A DNA stretch of 64,000 nt from Paludibacteraceae bacterium (GTDB lineage: Bacteria > Bacteroidota > Bacteroidia > Bacteroidales > Paludibacteraceae). Each line of letters starts with the position of its first letter. Positions within the stretch are counted from its first letter, which is position 1. The stretch is from the NCBI GenBank assembly GCA_017425065.1, contig JAFPJV010000024.1, forward strand, positions 8,410 to 72,409, given 5' to 3'. A model generated the notes under the pieces. It did no database searches. It saw nothing but the letters and a program-made list of their open reading frames with translations, and had not been told where the DNA came from. Both the position numbers and the translations under genes were made by a program. Below, piece after piece: positions 34,738 to 45,500 of the stretch.

Positions 34738-36654
34738 ATGATGAAACAACTGAACAAAATAGTCTATGTCTGCGCGTTAGCGCTGTCGGTGTTATTCGCC
34801 GTCGGAACGCGTGCGTATGCAGCCGCCCCGGGTGCCACATGTGCTACGGCTATCCCGTTGGGCAAGGATTATGTGGCGCAGATTACCAAAGCCCAAACGA
34901 TTTGGTACTCTGCCTGGACGTTTGACCTGCCTCTGACCGTCTATTTCGCTCCGCAAAACGAGTCGGATCCTGCCCCCGAAGTGGAGATGGACTTTGGTTG
35001 TAAATCTGGTTTCTATACGGATAGTATCCTCTGTAGCCTCTTTTGCGCCAATGCGGCAGGCGGAGTGGTTCTGGATATGCCCCACAAGCCGAATCTGCAA
35101 TCCAAACGGTTGGACGACGGCACGTTTGTTTATTACATCTCGCTTGGCAAGAAATACCGCGACTTGTTGCTCCAGACAGGTATCAGTTACAATCTGGAGG
35201 TGTTTGTCAAGGTAACGTATCACTGTACGGGTAAGATCAGCATAGCGCCGGATGGTATGTTCACCAATTGTATGGACGGTCATAAGTTTATCCATTTGGG
35301 CGATACAGTAAAGGTGAAAACCTTGGATAAAAATCGTCACGTTGTTGTCCCGTACGTGCAGTGGAGAGACGACTCTATCCGCTATGTATGGGACGGTACA
35401 GCTCCTGTACGTATCGCTGTCAGTGCTGCATGTGATTTCGATCCCGATCCAAGTACTATGGATGAGCGTGTTCTTCAGAACAAGGAACTTTCTCGCTTGA
35501 AAGATACGCTTAAAGTGACCAGTGAGAAAATCAGGTACTATATTGATGGCAACCAGGTGCCGAGCGAAGCCGGTATGTTCTTTGCCAAATTCTATACGGA
35601 AGGAACGGGTGTGATGAAGATAGAGCGCGTGCCGCAGGCTCCTCCGCGTGGAGGTGCTACCTTGCTCCGGTACGACAAACTGACTCCCATTCCTGTTACT
35701 ACTCCCGAACAGATGGCGTCGCCGGTCACGGAACCTGCCAAGTTGTTTGCTATTCCTTATACATGGACCACGGCTACCCTGTTTACAACGCCGACCGACC
35801 ATGTCTTCCGTATGTATATCGGTACCGACCCGGACTTCACGGCGGAAACAGCAATCGCAACCTATCAGTTCAACAGAACAGATACATGCCATTGGCTGGG
35901 ACTGAAGGACGAAGAGATGCAGGCGCTATGGACACATACGCGGGAGCAATACCTCTATGTCCGCTTCGAGTGTACGGCCAAGACAACGCTCACGCCTAAA
36001 CTGTGGACATTGCCTTCTTGTATCTCCAAGGCCAATCTCATAACCTATCCGAGCTGTACGTTCCGGGTGGAGAAAGGTTCTTATGGTGCAGTGTACTACT
36101 GCTTCTACTACGATGCTTGGCGTGGTGGAGACATGAAGTTCGAATGGAAAACCAATGCCAGTACGTGTCCGACATTCATAGGTATGAATTGCACATTCCC
36201 GACTTCGGCATCGAATACCTATGTGCTGGATAACAAGGCTATCGCCAAGAATGGTACGTGGGTTGTTTCTGCGCAAGATATAGAGGAATGGGCTGGCGAC
36301 GTGGATGAGAACGGCTATCTATATATCCGTTTCAATCCTACTGCGGCAGGTACGATGACTATCACATCCTCCGCACCCGAAGAAGAGGATCCGGCTCCGA
36401 TTGTCTATCCGTCGGCTACGATCGCCGTGGTGTGCGACGGCAACCCCACGTCCGCCGGACAGCAATACAACGTATTGGTATCCAAGGATCAGGTGCTCTC
36501 GCTCTACAGCGGTGATATCACGGATATTGCGGGTGTGACTCCCATGGATACATGGTCGCAAACCGTCGGCGAATCGCATGCGCTCACCCTAAGCTCGGGG
36601 GTTTATGTCCTCCGAGGCCAGGATGATGAACTGCTGCGAATCGTTGTGGAGTAG
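34738..36654 (+). CDS. Secreted 638-aa protein with a T9SS-CTD-like C-terminus (hypothetical)
   Basis: Signal peptide ...AVGTRAYA. The N-terminal C-x-T-A-I-P-L...WY module resembles those of ORF 42547. The C-terminus is LTLSSGVYVLRGQDDELLRIVVE. Confidence 0.7.
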   Translation: MMKQLNKIVYVCALALSVLFAVGTRAYAAAPGATCATAIPLGKDYVAQITKAQTIWYSAWTFDLPLTVYFAPQNESDPAPEVEMDFGCKSGFYTDSILCSLFCANAAGGVVLDMPHKPNLQSKRLDDGTFVYYISLGKKYRDLLLQTGISYNLEVFVKVTYHCTGKISIAPDGMFTNCMDGHKFIHLGDTVKVKTLDKNRHVVVPYVQWRDDSIRYVWDGTAPVRIAVSAACDFDPDPSTMDERVLQNKELSRLKDTLKVTSEKIRYYIDGNQVPSEAGMFFAKFYTEGTGVMKIERVPQAPPRGGATLLRYDKLTPIPVTTPEQMASPVTEPAKLFAIPYTWTTATLFTTPTDHVFRMYIGTDPDFTAETAIATYQFNRTDTCHWLGLKDEEMQALWTHTREQYLYVRFECTAKTTLTPKLWTLPSCISKANLITYPSCTFRVEKGSYGAVYYCFYYDAWRGGDMKFEWKTNASTCPTFIGMNCTFPTSASNTYVLDNKAIAKNGTWVVSAQDIEEWAGDVDENGYLYIRFNPTAAGTMTITSSAPEEEDPAPIVYPSATIAVVCDGNPTSAGQQYNVLVSKDQVLSLYSGDITDIAGVTPMDTWSQTVGESHALTLSSGVYVLRGQDDELLRIVVE

Positions 36655-36657
36655 GAA

Positions 36658-37353
36658 TCAGCCCTCCTGAATCAATTGATCTACCAGAGCCGGTACACCT
36701 TGTGTGGCCGGCTTTCTTATATGCGTGATGCGTTCGCGCCACGGTCCGAACTCCGGCATGCCGGGATCGACAAACCATATCTTCGTGTCCGGCTTGGTAT
36801 ATTGCAGCAGCGATGCCGCCGGATAGACATTCAGACTGGTGCCGACCACTATCAGTATGTCCGCCCGCGATACGATATCGCATGCCTGGGAGAAATAGGG
36901 TACTCCCTCGCCGAAGAAGACGATATACGGGCGCAACAGACTGCCGTCGGGATGACGGTCGCCGTAGTGTTGCTCCCAACCCTTGAGAGGAACGGTAGCC
37001 ACCTCGTCGATGGAGGAACGGAGTTTGGTGATTTCGCCGTGCAGATGCACTACGTCGCGGCTGCCGGCACGCTCATGCAGGTCGTCGATATTCTGCGTAA
37101 TGACCTGCGTTCCGGGAAAGGCTTTCTCCAGCCGCGCAATCGCTTCGTGCGCCGCATTGGGCTTGGCCGCCAAGGTGTCGCGACGACGTGCGTTATAGAA
37201 CTCAACACACAGTTGCGGATTACGCAACCAGGCCTCGTGGGTGCAGACATCCTCTATGCGGTATTTCTCCCACAGGCCGTCTGCGTCCCTAAATGTGCCG
37301 AGTCCGCTTTCTGCGCTGACGCCGGCACCTGTAAAAACAACAATTCTTTTCAT
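36658..37353 (-). CDS. cobB: NAD-dependent protein deacylase (Sir2/CobB family)
   Basis: FTGAGVSAESGLGTFRD, QNIDDLHERAG and a GTSLNVYPA-type motif. Length is 231 aa. Confidence 0.85.
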   Translation of the reverse strand: MKRIVVFTGAGVSAESGLGTFRDADGLWEKYRIEDVCTHEAWLRNPQLCVEFYNARRRDTLAAKPNAAHEAIARLEKAFPGTQVITQNIDDLHERAGSRDVVHLHGEITKLRSSIDEVATVPLKGWEQHYGDRHPDGSLLRPYIVFFGEGVPYFSQACDIVSRADILIVVGTSLNVYPAASLLQYTKPDTKIWFVDPGMPEFGPWRERITHIRKPATQGVPALVDQLIQEG

Positions 37354-37374
37354 ACGTGCTGCGTTTAAGTGCTA

Positions 37375-37382
37375 CAAAGGTA
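37375..37382 (-). promoter_or_regulatory. -7 box TACCTTTG for cobB
   Basis: Reverse complement of caaaggta, about 22 nt upstream of the 37353 start. Confidence 0.5.
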
Positions 37383-37507
37383 CGAAAAATTCCTTGATTT
37401 GGCAAGTTTTTTGCACGAAAATGCCTCTAAAAGTCGATTTTTTGTTAATTTATGTTCTTTTTTGTAAAAAAAATGCATTTTTGTTTGTGTAATTCAAAAA
37501 AAAGCAG

Positions 37508-37515
37508 TATCTTTG
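37508..37515 (+). promoter_or_regulatory. -7 box TATCTTTG for the 37584-49930 gene string
   Basis: AAAAAAAAGCAGTATCTTTGCGCC. It lies about 70 nt upstream of the GTG at 37584. Confidence 0.55.
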
Positions 37516-37583
37516 CGCCGTTATTGCGTATATGTGCCATAATGAGTACGCCTGAGGGCGTGCATAAGTAATATAAAATAAAC

Positions 37584-39929
37584 GTGGTTAACAATCGGAA
37601 AATACAGTGTTTGGTGCTCGTAATGTGCTTGATGGCGTCCATTCTCTCGAATGCCCAAATACCGCGTGTCACCTTGGGCAGAAATGTCAGCGGGGCAACG
37701 GTGATTGAAGAGCATGTGACAGCCGCTGTTACGGATGGCACGGAGAACTTCTTCCAGCTCGCCGCCGGTAATCTGCCTGCCACGGTTTATTACTGGCCGG
37801 AAGAGGCTTTCGGTCCGATTCCTGTGCTGGTTAACGCAATGGAGGATGATACCCTGCCGGCTGTGATGGTGTCGGAGGGGTGCCGCATGGGATGGCGCTG
37901 GGAATTGAGCGAGGCGGCTGAGGACGAGGAAGTGCGCTATCTGTATTTCTCGGCGCACGAGGAGAATGCAACGGCAGAGATACTCCCGTTCGTTTGTCCG
38001 GCTACGTCGAGCGAGACGACCGAAACGGTTTGCGACTCATTGTTCTGGAATGGGGAATGGCGCAAGGAATCGAATGATTACAAGTTTGTTACGAAGAATG
38101 CAGCCGGTTGCGACAGTACAGCGATACTGCACCTGACAATCAACCACTCGTATCATATCACTTTGCCCGAACTGAAGGTGTGTGATGAATACCTATGGCG
38201 TGACCGGGTGGCGGGTGATACGCTGATTGTGACGTCCGGTACCTATACGCGTTCGTTCAAAACGGTGGCAGGGTGCGACAGCATTGTGACGCAAAAAGTG
38301 ACCATCGGCGAGTCGAGCGAGCCGACAAAAGATGTCGTGACGGCTTACGATACCTATACATGGGGTGGCATCACTTATACCACGTCCATCGAGGGTCCGA
38401 GTATGGAATTTGAGAACCAGTACGGATGTGACTCGATCGTGACGCTGGTGCTGACGATGCGTCATCTGACCCGCGATACGCTCCGCCAGACCATATGCGA
38501 GAAGGATGCACCGTTTGTATGGCGTGGAAACGAGTATTCGGAAACAGGTAAGCATTTCTACAATACCGATACGCTCTTGGGACCGGCACCGGACGGCCAG
38601 ATATTTATTGACACGGTGCATACCCTTGAGTTGACCATCAACCCGGAATATGCGATAGATACGATTGCCAATGAGTGTGCCGCAGTATTTAAGTGGCGCG
38701 GTGAGCCGTATCGTCAGAGCGGTGAGTATATCTATCGTACGGAGACGAAGGCCGGTTGCGATTCGGTGATTATCCTTCATTTGACGCTCGGTCAGCCCAC
38801 TTCGGGCGAAGAATGGCAGGAGGCGTGCGACAGCTACATGTGGCATGGCGAGCCATATACCAAGAGCGGCGATTATCCGTTGACGCTGACCAACGCCGCC
38901 AACTGCGATTCGATCGCAACTTTGCACCTGACGATCCACCACTCGACCTCAGGTGATACGACGGCTGTAGCGTGTGGTGCCTTTGACTGGTATGAGCATC
39001 ACTGTACGAAGGATGGCGAATACGAACATACCTTTGCCCGCGGCAACAGCCATGGCTGCGACTCGGTGGTAACGCTCCATCTGACCATCCGTCAGTCGTC
39101 TTCGGGCGAGGAGTGGCAGGAGGCCTGCGGCAGTTACAAATGGCATGGAGAGATTTTTGACAAGAGTGGTGACTATCCCGTGACGCTGACCAATGTGGAC
39201 AACTGCGATTCGATAGCGACGCTCCACCTGACGATACATCAGGATTACCTGTTCGAGTCCACTGCCCGCTCATGTGCCGAGACATATACATGGCGCGGAA
39301 AAGACCTTTCCCGGAGCGGTACGTACTATGACAGTCTGTTGACCAAGACCACCCAATGCGACTCGGTCTATGTGCTCTATCTCAAGATTGGTGAGGGATG
39401 CGAACCTCCGTGCACGGATGCATTGGTGCAACTGAACGGCTGTATCCTGATCAATCGCGATGAAATCGAAGATTTCGAGGCGATGAATATCCAGTGGTGG
39501 CATGGCGACGAAGCAATCGATGCGAATGTTGACCGTCTGGCTATGACCGATAGGGAGAGTGGCGATTATATGGCGGTACTGACCCGGAAAGGATGTCTGA
39601 CTTGTGATACGATACGCACTTGTGCCGTTTATTATCAGGCCAATGAGTCCGAAGTGTTTGTCAGCGACGAGGGGGCTATTACGGTTTATCCGACCGAGGT
39701 GCCTGCGGCCAATCCGCGTGTACGGGTTAAGACCAATGCGAGCGGAGCCTATTATCTCTACAACAGCACGGGCAAACTGGTCAGCACCGAAGCATTTGAG
39801 GCGCCTACCGGAATGATGGAATTGGAGTTGCCTGTGGCGCGCGGACTGTATGTGCTGATATTTGTACCTGCGAATGAGCAGGAGCAGACGGATAAGAGAA
39901 CCCAGCAAGTCAAACTGATAGTGTACTGA
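37584..39929 (+). CDS. Secreted 781-aa protein with nine ~50-aa Cys-containing GCDS repeats and a T9SS C-terminal sorting domain
   Basis: GTG start with a signal peptide. The motif C-x2-3-W-x-G...SG-Y...GCDS[IV]xTLHLTI repeats. The CTD is VYPTEV...YYLYNSTGKLV...GLYVLIFV...VKLIVY. Confidence 0.8.
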   Translation: MVNNRKIQCLVLVMCLMASILSNAQIPRVTLGRNVSGATVIEEHVTAAVTDGTENFFQLAAGNLPATVYYWPEEAFGPIPVLVNAMEDDTLPAVMVSEGCRMGWRWELSEAAEDEEVRYLYFSAHEENATAEILPFVCPATSSETTETVCDSLFWNGEWRKESNDYKFVTKNAAGCDSTAILHLTINHSYHITLPELKVCDEYLWRDRVAGDTLIVTSGTYTRSFKTVAGCDSIVTQKVTIGESSEPTKDVVTAYDTYTWGGITYTTSIEGPSMEFENQYGCDSIVTLVLTMRHLTRDTLRQTICEKDAPFVWRGNEYSETGKHFYNTDTLLGPAPDGQIFIDTVHTLELTINPEYAIDTIANECAAVFKWRGEPYRQSGEYIYRTETKAGCDSVIILHLTLGQPTSGEEWQEACDSYMWHGEPYTKSGDYPLTLTNAANCDSIATLHLTIHHSTSGDTTAVACGAFDWYEHHCTKDGEYEHTFARGNSHGCDSVVTLHLTIRQSSSGEEWQEACGSYKWHGEIFDKSGDYPVTLTNVDNCDSIATLHLTIHQDYLFESTARSCAETYTWRGKDLSRSGTYYDSLLTKTTQCDSVYVLYLKIGEGCEPPCTDALVQLNGCILINRDEIEDFEAMNIQWWHGDEAIDANVDRLAMTDRESGDYMAVLTRKGCLTCDTIRTCAVYYQANESEVFVSDEGAITVYPTEVPAANPRVRVKTNASGAYYLYNSTGKLVSTEAFEAPTGMMELELPVARGLYVLIFVPANEQEQTDKRTQQVKLIVY

Positions 39930-40798
39930 TGACGCGGACGAAGGAATTGATCATATCGGTTTTGCTGATTTTCTCGGTCGCCGGACACGCAGGAAACTAT
40001 CGTGACAAGGATGAGCACTACGTGACGCTGGATGGCGGAGTAGGATATCATACTTTGCTGACGACGGGAGACTTGATAGACAAGAATTACGGATTGGGGA
40101 TGCGGATAGGTGTAGGCTATCGCTATCAATGGGATGTCCTGTTGCTGCACATCGGTATTGAGGGACAGTATGGATATACCTATTGCAATCTCGGTTCGGT
40201 GAGAGACAGCGCGGCATATGACTTTGGCGGTCTGCAGGGAACACGCATTGGCGAAGTCAATCAGCGCCACGATGTATATAGGATGGCTAACGTAGGACTG
40301 CCGTTGCTTGTGGGAGCCGGCTTCGGACCGATTTACCTGCTTACGGGTGTGAAACCGAGTCTGAACCTATGGGGCAGTGCCAAGTCGGAAGCACATCTCA
40401 GTACATGGGTGGACTATTACGGCCCGGTACCGGGTACGACAGACGACCGTTTCCTGCAGTCGAGCGAAGGGAAATCGGAATCGATGCAATGGAACTGGCA
40501 ACTGTATGCCCATCTGGAGTTGGGAGCGCGTTTTCGCCTGCCACGACCGAGCGGAACAGAAGGTCCGCGAATGGCAGTAGCTTGGGCAGTTTGGGCGGAC
40601 TACGGCATATTTAATGCCTACACGGCAAGCGAGCCGCTGGAAGCTGTTTCGATGGAGGATCCGTACAAGTCGGCAACCATCCGCCCCGCCCTGAAAGGAG
40701 CCACGGACATACAGTCCCATCCGCTGACCGTAGGAGTGAAAATGACGTTGCTCTTCAACGTAGGGAAAGACAAGAGCTGTGTATTATGTGAATATTGA
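39929..40798 (+). CDS. Predicted outer-membrane beta-barrel protein (OMP_b-brl_2-like)
   Basis: Signal peptide and alternating Y/G-rich amphipathic strands ending ...VGVKMTLLFNV. Its ATG overlaps the upstream stop (TGATG). Confidence 0.6.
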   Translation: MTRTKELIISVLLIFSVAGHAGNYRDKDEHYVTLDGGVGYHTLLTTGDLIDKNYGLGMRIGVGYRYQWDVLLLHIGIEGQYGYTYCNLGSVRDSAAYDFGGLQGTRIGEVNQRHDVYRMANVGLPLLVGAGFGPIYLLTGVKPSLNLWGSAKSEAHLSTWVDYYGPVPGTTDDRFLQSSEGKSESMQWNWQLYAHLELGARFRLPRPSGTEGPRMAVAWAVWADYGIFNAYTASEPLEAVSMEDPYKSATIRPALKGATDIQSHPLTVGVKMTLLFNVGKDKSCVLCEY

Positions 40799-40841
40799 GT
40801 ATAACTCATTATATAATAATAAATAAGTGCGATTAACGATA

Positions 40842-42434
40842 ATGCGAAAAAAACTATACATATTAATGCTTCTGGTAGCCGTCTGCTGCTATACGCAGGC
40901 GCAAACTGACGAGCATTGCGAAGGCTGGTTTGAGGGACTGCCCAACCACTATTGTATTTGTCATGCCACGTCTCAGGAGTTCCATTTCCCGCTGGAGATG
41001 GAGATAAACGATACGCTGTGGTTTGTCACGACAATAAATGACTTGAAGCAGGGTCTCTCCGCCTATTGGTTTGCCGATTGCACCGTCACTTTTGAAATCT
41101 ATGCTTTCTGCAGTTCGGAGATCCCGACGATCAAGATGACTGTCGGTTCAAACCAGATGCGCGAGATGGATATAGCGGAAATCAACCGCCGGTTGGAAGA
41201 GATGGGAAATATGTCCGGCGTGTTAGATGTGCTTCGCCCGCGTGCAAAAGTATATCCCAATGGTGGTGGTACGGGACATGTATATTGCTATCCGTATGAC
41301 CAGGGACCTGCCTCCACCTGCGATGACCTGCTGCCGGTTATTCCGCGTATGACTTATGTCTGCGACAAGCCGAGCGAGGTATATGAACTGAAGCCGGAAA
41401 AGATTCCGTCTTCCGGTCAGGGATTTATCCGCTGGAAGCAGCAGAAAAACCTGGAGGGTACGATTCGCCTGACAGAGGGTGCATGCGACGGACCGGAGAT
41501 AGCCCGGGCTACGCTTACCGACTCAACACGCGTGATGTTGATGGATCCCATTAAGATGAAAGCGCTGAAACAGGCAGGTACGAGTGTGTTTGTTCATGTG
41601 GATCATCCTGCTGATTATGTGGGGCGTATCTTCTTCCATAACCGGATCATTTGGAGCGAACAACGTATTGATACAACGCTCTGTCAGGGGAAGCAGTTGC
41701 AACTGGCAGACACGACGCTCAGAGAAACGACTGTCTATCCGAACGATACGCTGTGGACTCGCGGTGACACGCTCTCGCTTACGACTTATCATCTGACGAT
41801 AGAGCCTCCTGAGTTGCAGTATGACACCCTGTTACTGAAGGCCGGGCAGTTGCCGATGACGTATCGAAACCAATATATAGCAAAGGACGCATGGGGAAAC
41901 CATGATTTCACGATTCGTGAGCCGAACAAGTGCGATGAACGTGTCCTGGTCAATGTGATACATGATGTCGTGCGCAAAGAAACAGAAGTGTTCGATACGC
42001 TCTGTCAGGGCAAGACAATCACTTATAGTGGTGTTGAATATGCCGTAGATACCGTCATCCGCGACTCGGCATGGGCGGATGCGGATACATGGGTGGTAAG
42101 CGATATCTCTATCCACTTTACCGAACCGGAATTGGAATATGATACCGTCCAGGTTCCGCCCAGCAAGATGACAGTGACCGGATATTGGTATTCCACACTC
42201 GGAGTGGCGCTGTTCGGATATGGCGATACGCTGATTGTCAAAACGCGTAAGAACCAGTGTACCCGCAAGGTGCAGGTAACAGTAGTTGTAGCAGATGAAC
42301 CGCCGATCACATCCGTCGAGTCCATACCTTATAATGATGCGGGTGCGCGCAAGTACGTGCGCGATGGCATCATCTATATCCGGCGCGAGGGACGTGATTA
42401 CGACCTGACGGGCAGACCCATAGATGGCAAATAA
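40842..42434 (+). CDS. Secreted 530-aa protein with a short RDG-YI...YD-TGR C-terminal tail (hypothetical)
   Basis: Signal peptide MRKKLYILMLLVAVCCYTQA. Contains degenerate TLCQGK...LTI repeats. The tail is KYVRDGIIYIRREGRDYDLTGRPIDGK. ATG 40842 is preferred over GTG 40827. Confidence 0.7.
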   Translation: MRKKLYILMLLVAVCCYTQAQTDEHCEGWFEGLPNHYCICHATSQEFHFPLEMEINDTLWFVTTINDLKQGLSAYWFADCTVTFEIYAFCSSEIPTIKMTVGSNQMREMDIAEINRRLEEMGNMSGVLDVLRPRAKVYPNGGGTGHVYCYPYDQGPASTCDDLLPVIPRMTYVCDKPSEVYELKPEKIPSSGQGFIRWKQQKNLEGTIRLTEGACDGPEIARATLTDSTRVMLMDPIKMKALKQAGTSVFVHVDHPADYVGRIFFHNRIIWSEQRIDTTLCQGKQLQLADTTLRETTVYPNDTLWTRGDTLSLTTYHLTIEPPELQYDTLLLKAGQLPMTYRNQYIAKDAWGNHDFTIREPNKCDERVLVNVIHDVVRKETEVFDTLCQGKTITYSGVEYAVDTVIRDSAWADADTWVVSDISIHFTEPELEYDTVQVPPSKMTVTGYWYSTLGVALFGYGDTLIVKTRKNQCTRKVQVTVVVADEPPITSVESIPYNDAGARKYVRDGIIYIRREGRDYDLTGRPIDGK

Positions 42435-42546
42435 TAACTAAATAACCAAAATATTAACTTAAAAAAGGAAAAAAACAAAAAAACAAAAAATTAAAACTAA
42501 AAAACTTTTATTAATTAACTTTATTTATTAACTTAATTCAAACTCT

Positions 42547-45500
42547 ATGAAGAAATTTCTAACATTGGTTGTCGCGTTGATGATGGTCATCCCTATGATG
42601 GCTATCGGAGACAACGACGGCTCAACCCAATTGGATGCAATTGACTTCAATTGGGATGCTCCGACGAAGCACTCCGGTGGAATGAAATGGTACGTAGTGG
42701 ACCTGTCTCCTCTCTATGAAGAGGAAACACCGGGACTAAGTCTGTTTCTTGCCAACGAGTCTAAGACCAATTCGGTGCATGTGAGTGTGAAAGCGACTGT
42801 TGGAGAAACAACAGAGACGAAGTCCTATGTTTTGGGCCCAACGTCGCAAGAATCATGGTCCAGAAATGCCAGCTCGCTGGTGCGTTTGAAAACCAAGAGG
42901 ATTTTCCTGAGCCTGAATTCGGATGGTCCGGTGGTTTTGAGCGCCAAGGTCTTCGAATTCCAGGATCTGGACGATGCTTGTAAGAAAGCTACCGCATTCA
43001 GTTGGACAGCAGGTCTTAACAAACCTGCCGGTGCTAAGCAATGGTACAGCTTGGACCTGACCGAGGCAAAGGCAACTTCGGACAAGGATGTACGTGTGTC
43101 CATTAAGAACAATGGTTCTCAAAAGGCTACCGTCATCGCTACGCAATCGCTGGACTGCCCCTCGACAAGTGTAAGCAGTCGTACGATTGAAATTGAACCG
43201 GGCGAAACAGTTGCTGATACCATCGGACATGGTATTATCAAGTACGTCAGCTTCAATGACCTCTATTTCAGCCTTGAGAATGATCAGCCGATCACGGTGA
43301 AGGCCGAGTTTGTAAATCAATCTTCGACGGTTGTACTTCCGCCGGATGATCCGAGTGACCCGAATAATCCGTACGAGGATCTTCATGTGCAAGAAACGAA
43401 GGATCTTTCGGCCGGTCAGACCTACTACTTCCGTATTAGCGTTGATGAGATGAACCAGTACAAGAAGTTAGAGCCGGAATTCGTATTCCTCAACAATGGC
43501 GCCACCGTAGCTACCGTATTCAGCAGCATGGCTTTCGAATCCGGTGTTAACAGCGCTATGAACGACAATCTGCTCCTGCAAGGAAACGATGAGTTGATAG
43601 AGGTTATCAACAAAGGTTTCCTGATGGGTATTGACGCTGAGTACGTTTACCTCCGACTCCAACCCGATCAGGATGTACAGCTCACATCACGTTTCAAACA
43701 CGTACGTGAAGGAAAGGCTTGTAAGACAAACATTGACTTCGACTGGGATCACGGTCATCGTCAAGCTGCCAAGACTGTTCAGTGGTATCATCTCAGTATG
43801 GCAGATGCTATCGCTAACAAGGAAGACATTATCGGTCATGTTATCAACGAAGGTAGCAAGAAGGCTAACGTGAAGATTTCCGTAGCATTCGATTGCCCCT
43901 ATACCGATTTGACCGACGTGTCTCGTTCTATTCCTGTTGGCCAGGTAGTTGATCATACGTTCGCTTATTCGACGTTCGCTATGATGACTGAAGACGTCTG
44001 GGTACGTCTCGAAACAGACCAGCAAGTTAAATTCTGGGCAGAGACGAAACCTGCTAAGCAAAATCCGACTCCGGATGAGGCTTGCTTGAACGCTATTGAT
44101 TTCGATTGGCAGGCTGGTATCTCCCAGCTTGCAGGTGAGACCAAGTGGTACAAGGTGGATATGACGCAAGTTCGCAACATTACGGAATTCCCGACCGTTT
44201 ATGTATTCAACCGTGGTAACGGTAAGGCTACAGTTGTCGGTGAACTCTCCGAGGATTGTCCGGATGTTTTTGTAAACGACAAACCGAAAACACTGTCGAT
44301 TGCAAAGGACGGTTTCTATTCCAAGCGTATCTCTCGTGATATGTTCAATCATATCAAGGCTGATGTCGTATATTTGCGCGTAACGACGGATCAGGATATT
44401 GATGTCCAGGTTCGCTTTACCGAGGAGCCTGAAGGTAGCTCTTGCAGTTCCGCGAAGGAATTCAACTGGAACGCAGAGGGCAAGGGACATATAGAGCAGG
44501 CCGCTAATGCCAATCTCTGGTATCTGATTGACCTCTCGAGAGCTATTGATGAGGAAAAAGACGTAAGGGTAACGATCATCAACAAGTCGGGCCAGAAGTG
44601 CAGCGGTACTGCATGGTTGGCATACGATTGTGAGAGCGATGAAATGCCTGAAAATCAACCGTTCCACCTCGATGCAAATGCAAGCAAGTCGCGCGTTATC
44701 GAGAACAGTCTGATTACGGATATGGTAACGGACAAGAAGGTGTATATCCGTCTGATGGGCAACACGACTCTCCGCGTAGAGGCTGAGTTGGTTGATCCGG
44801 CTCCGTTTACGCCGATTCCGTGCCCCGCATCGGTGGTTGAACTCGATTGGAATACACTCTATACCCATCCGGGTGGTGAGGTTTGGTACCATGTCGATGA
44901 TGCTGACCTCGAGATTCTGCGCCAAAACGACCTCGCTCCCGAGGCATACGCCAAGGACCTGAGTGGTGCAAGCAACATGATTACCGTAGAGGAAGCTTTC
45001 GCTTGCCCGATTCTGAAGAAGATGGCGGGTAAAAGCAAGTCACTGGCTGCCGGCGCGGAATATCGTCGTCAGATAGGTCGTTCTACTACCGACCAGTTCA
45101 TTAAGCATAATGAAATTTATCTGCGTGTTACCAGCCAAGGTGCATTCGAGTTCAAGGCTACGCTCAAGAACCCGTACAACGGTAGCGACTGTATGTCGGC
45201 TATCCGCGTAGGTATGGAGAATAACCTGACTCAGGCTGCCAACACGGTTGTTTGGTATCGTGTCAACATCGGCAAACTGAAAGAGGATGATTCGCTGCAT
45301 GGCAAGAGCCTGAAAGTGACTGCCAAGAACAAAGGCGGAAAGGCTAATGTCAAAGTAGCTATCTTCGAAGACTGCGCTGGCGAGGATATCCTCGAGGACC
45401 GCGGTAAACATTCGGTTTCTGCAGGCAAGTCCTACAGCCGTTCGATTCCGGCATACGTAATCTACGGATTGGCTTCGAAAGAACTCTATGTACGCGTTGA

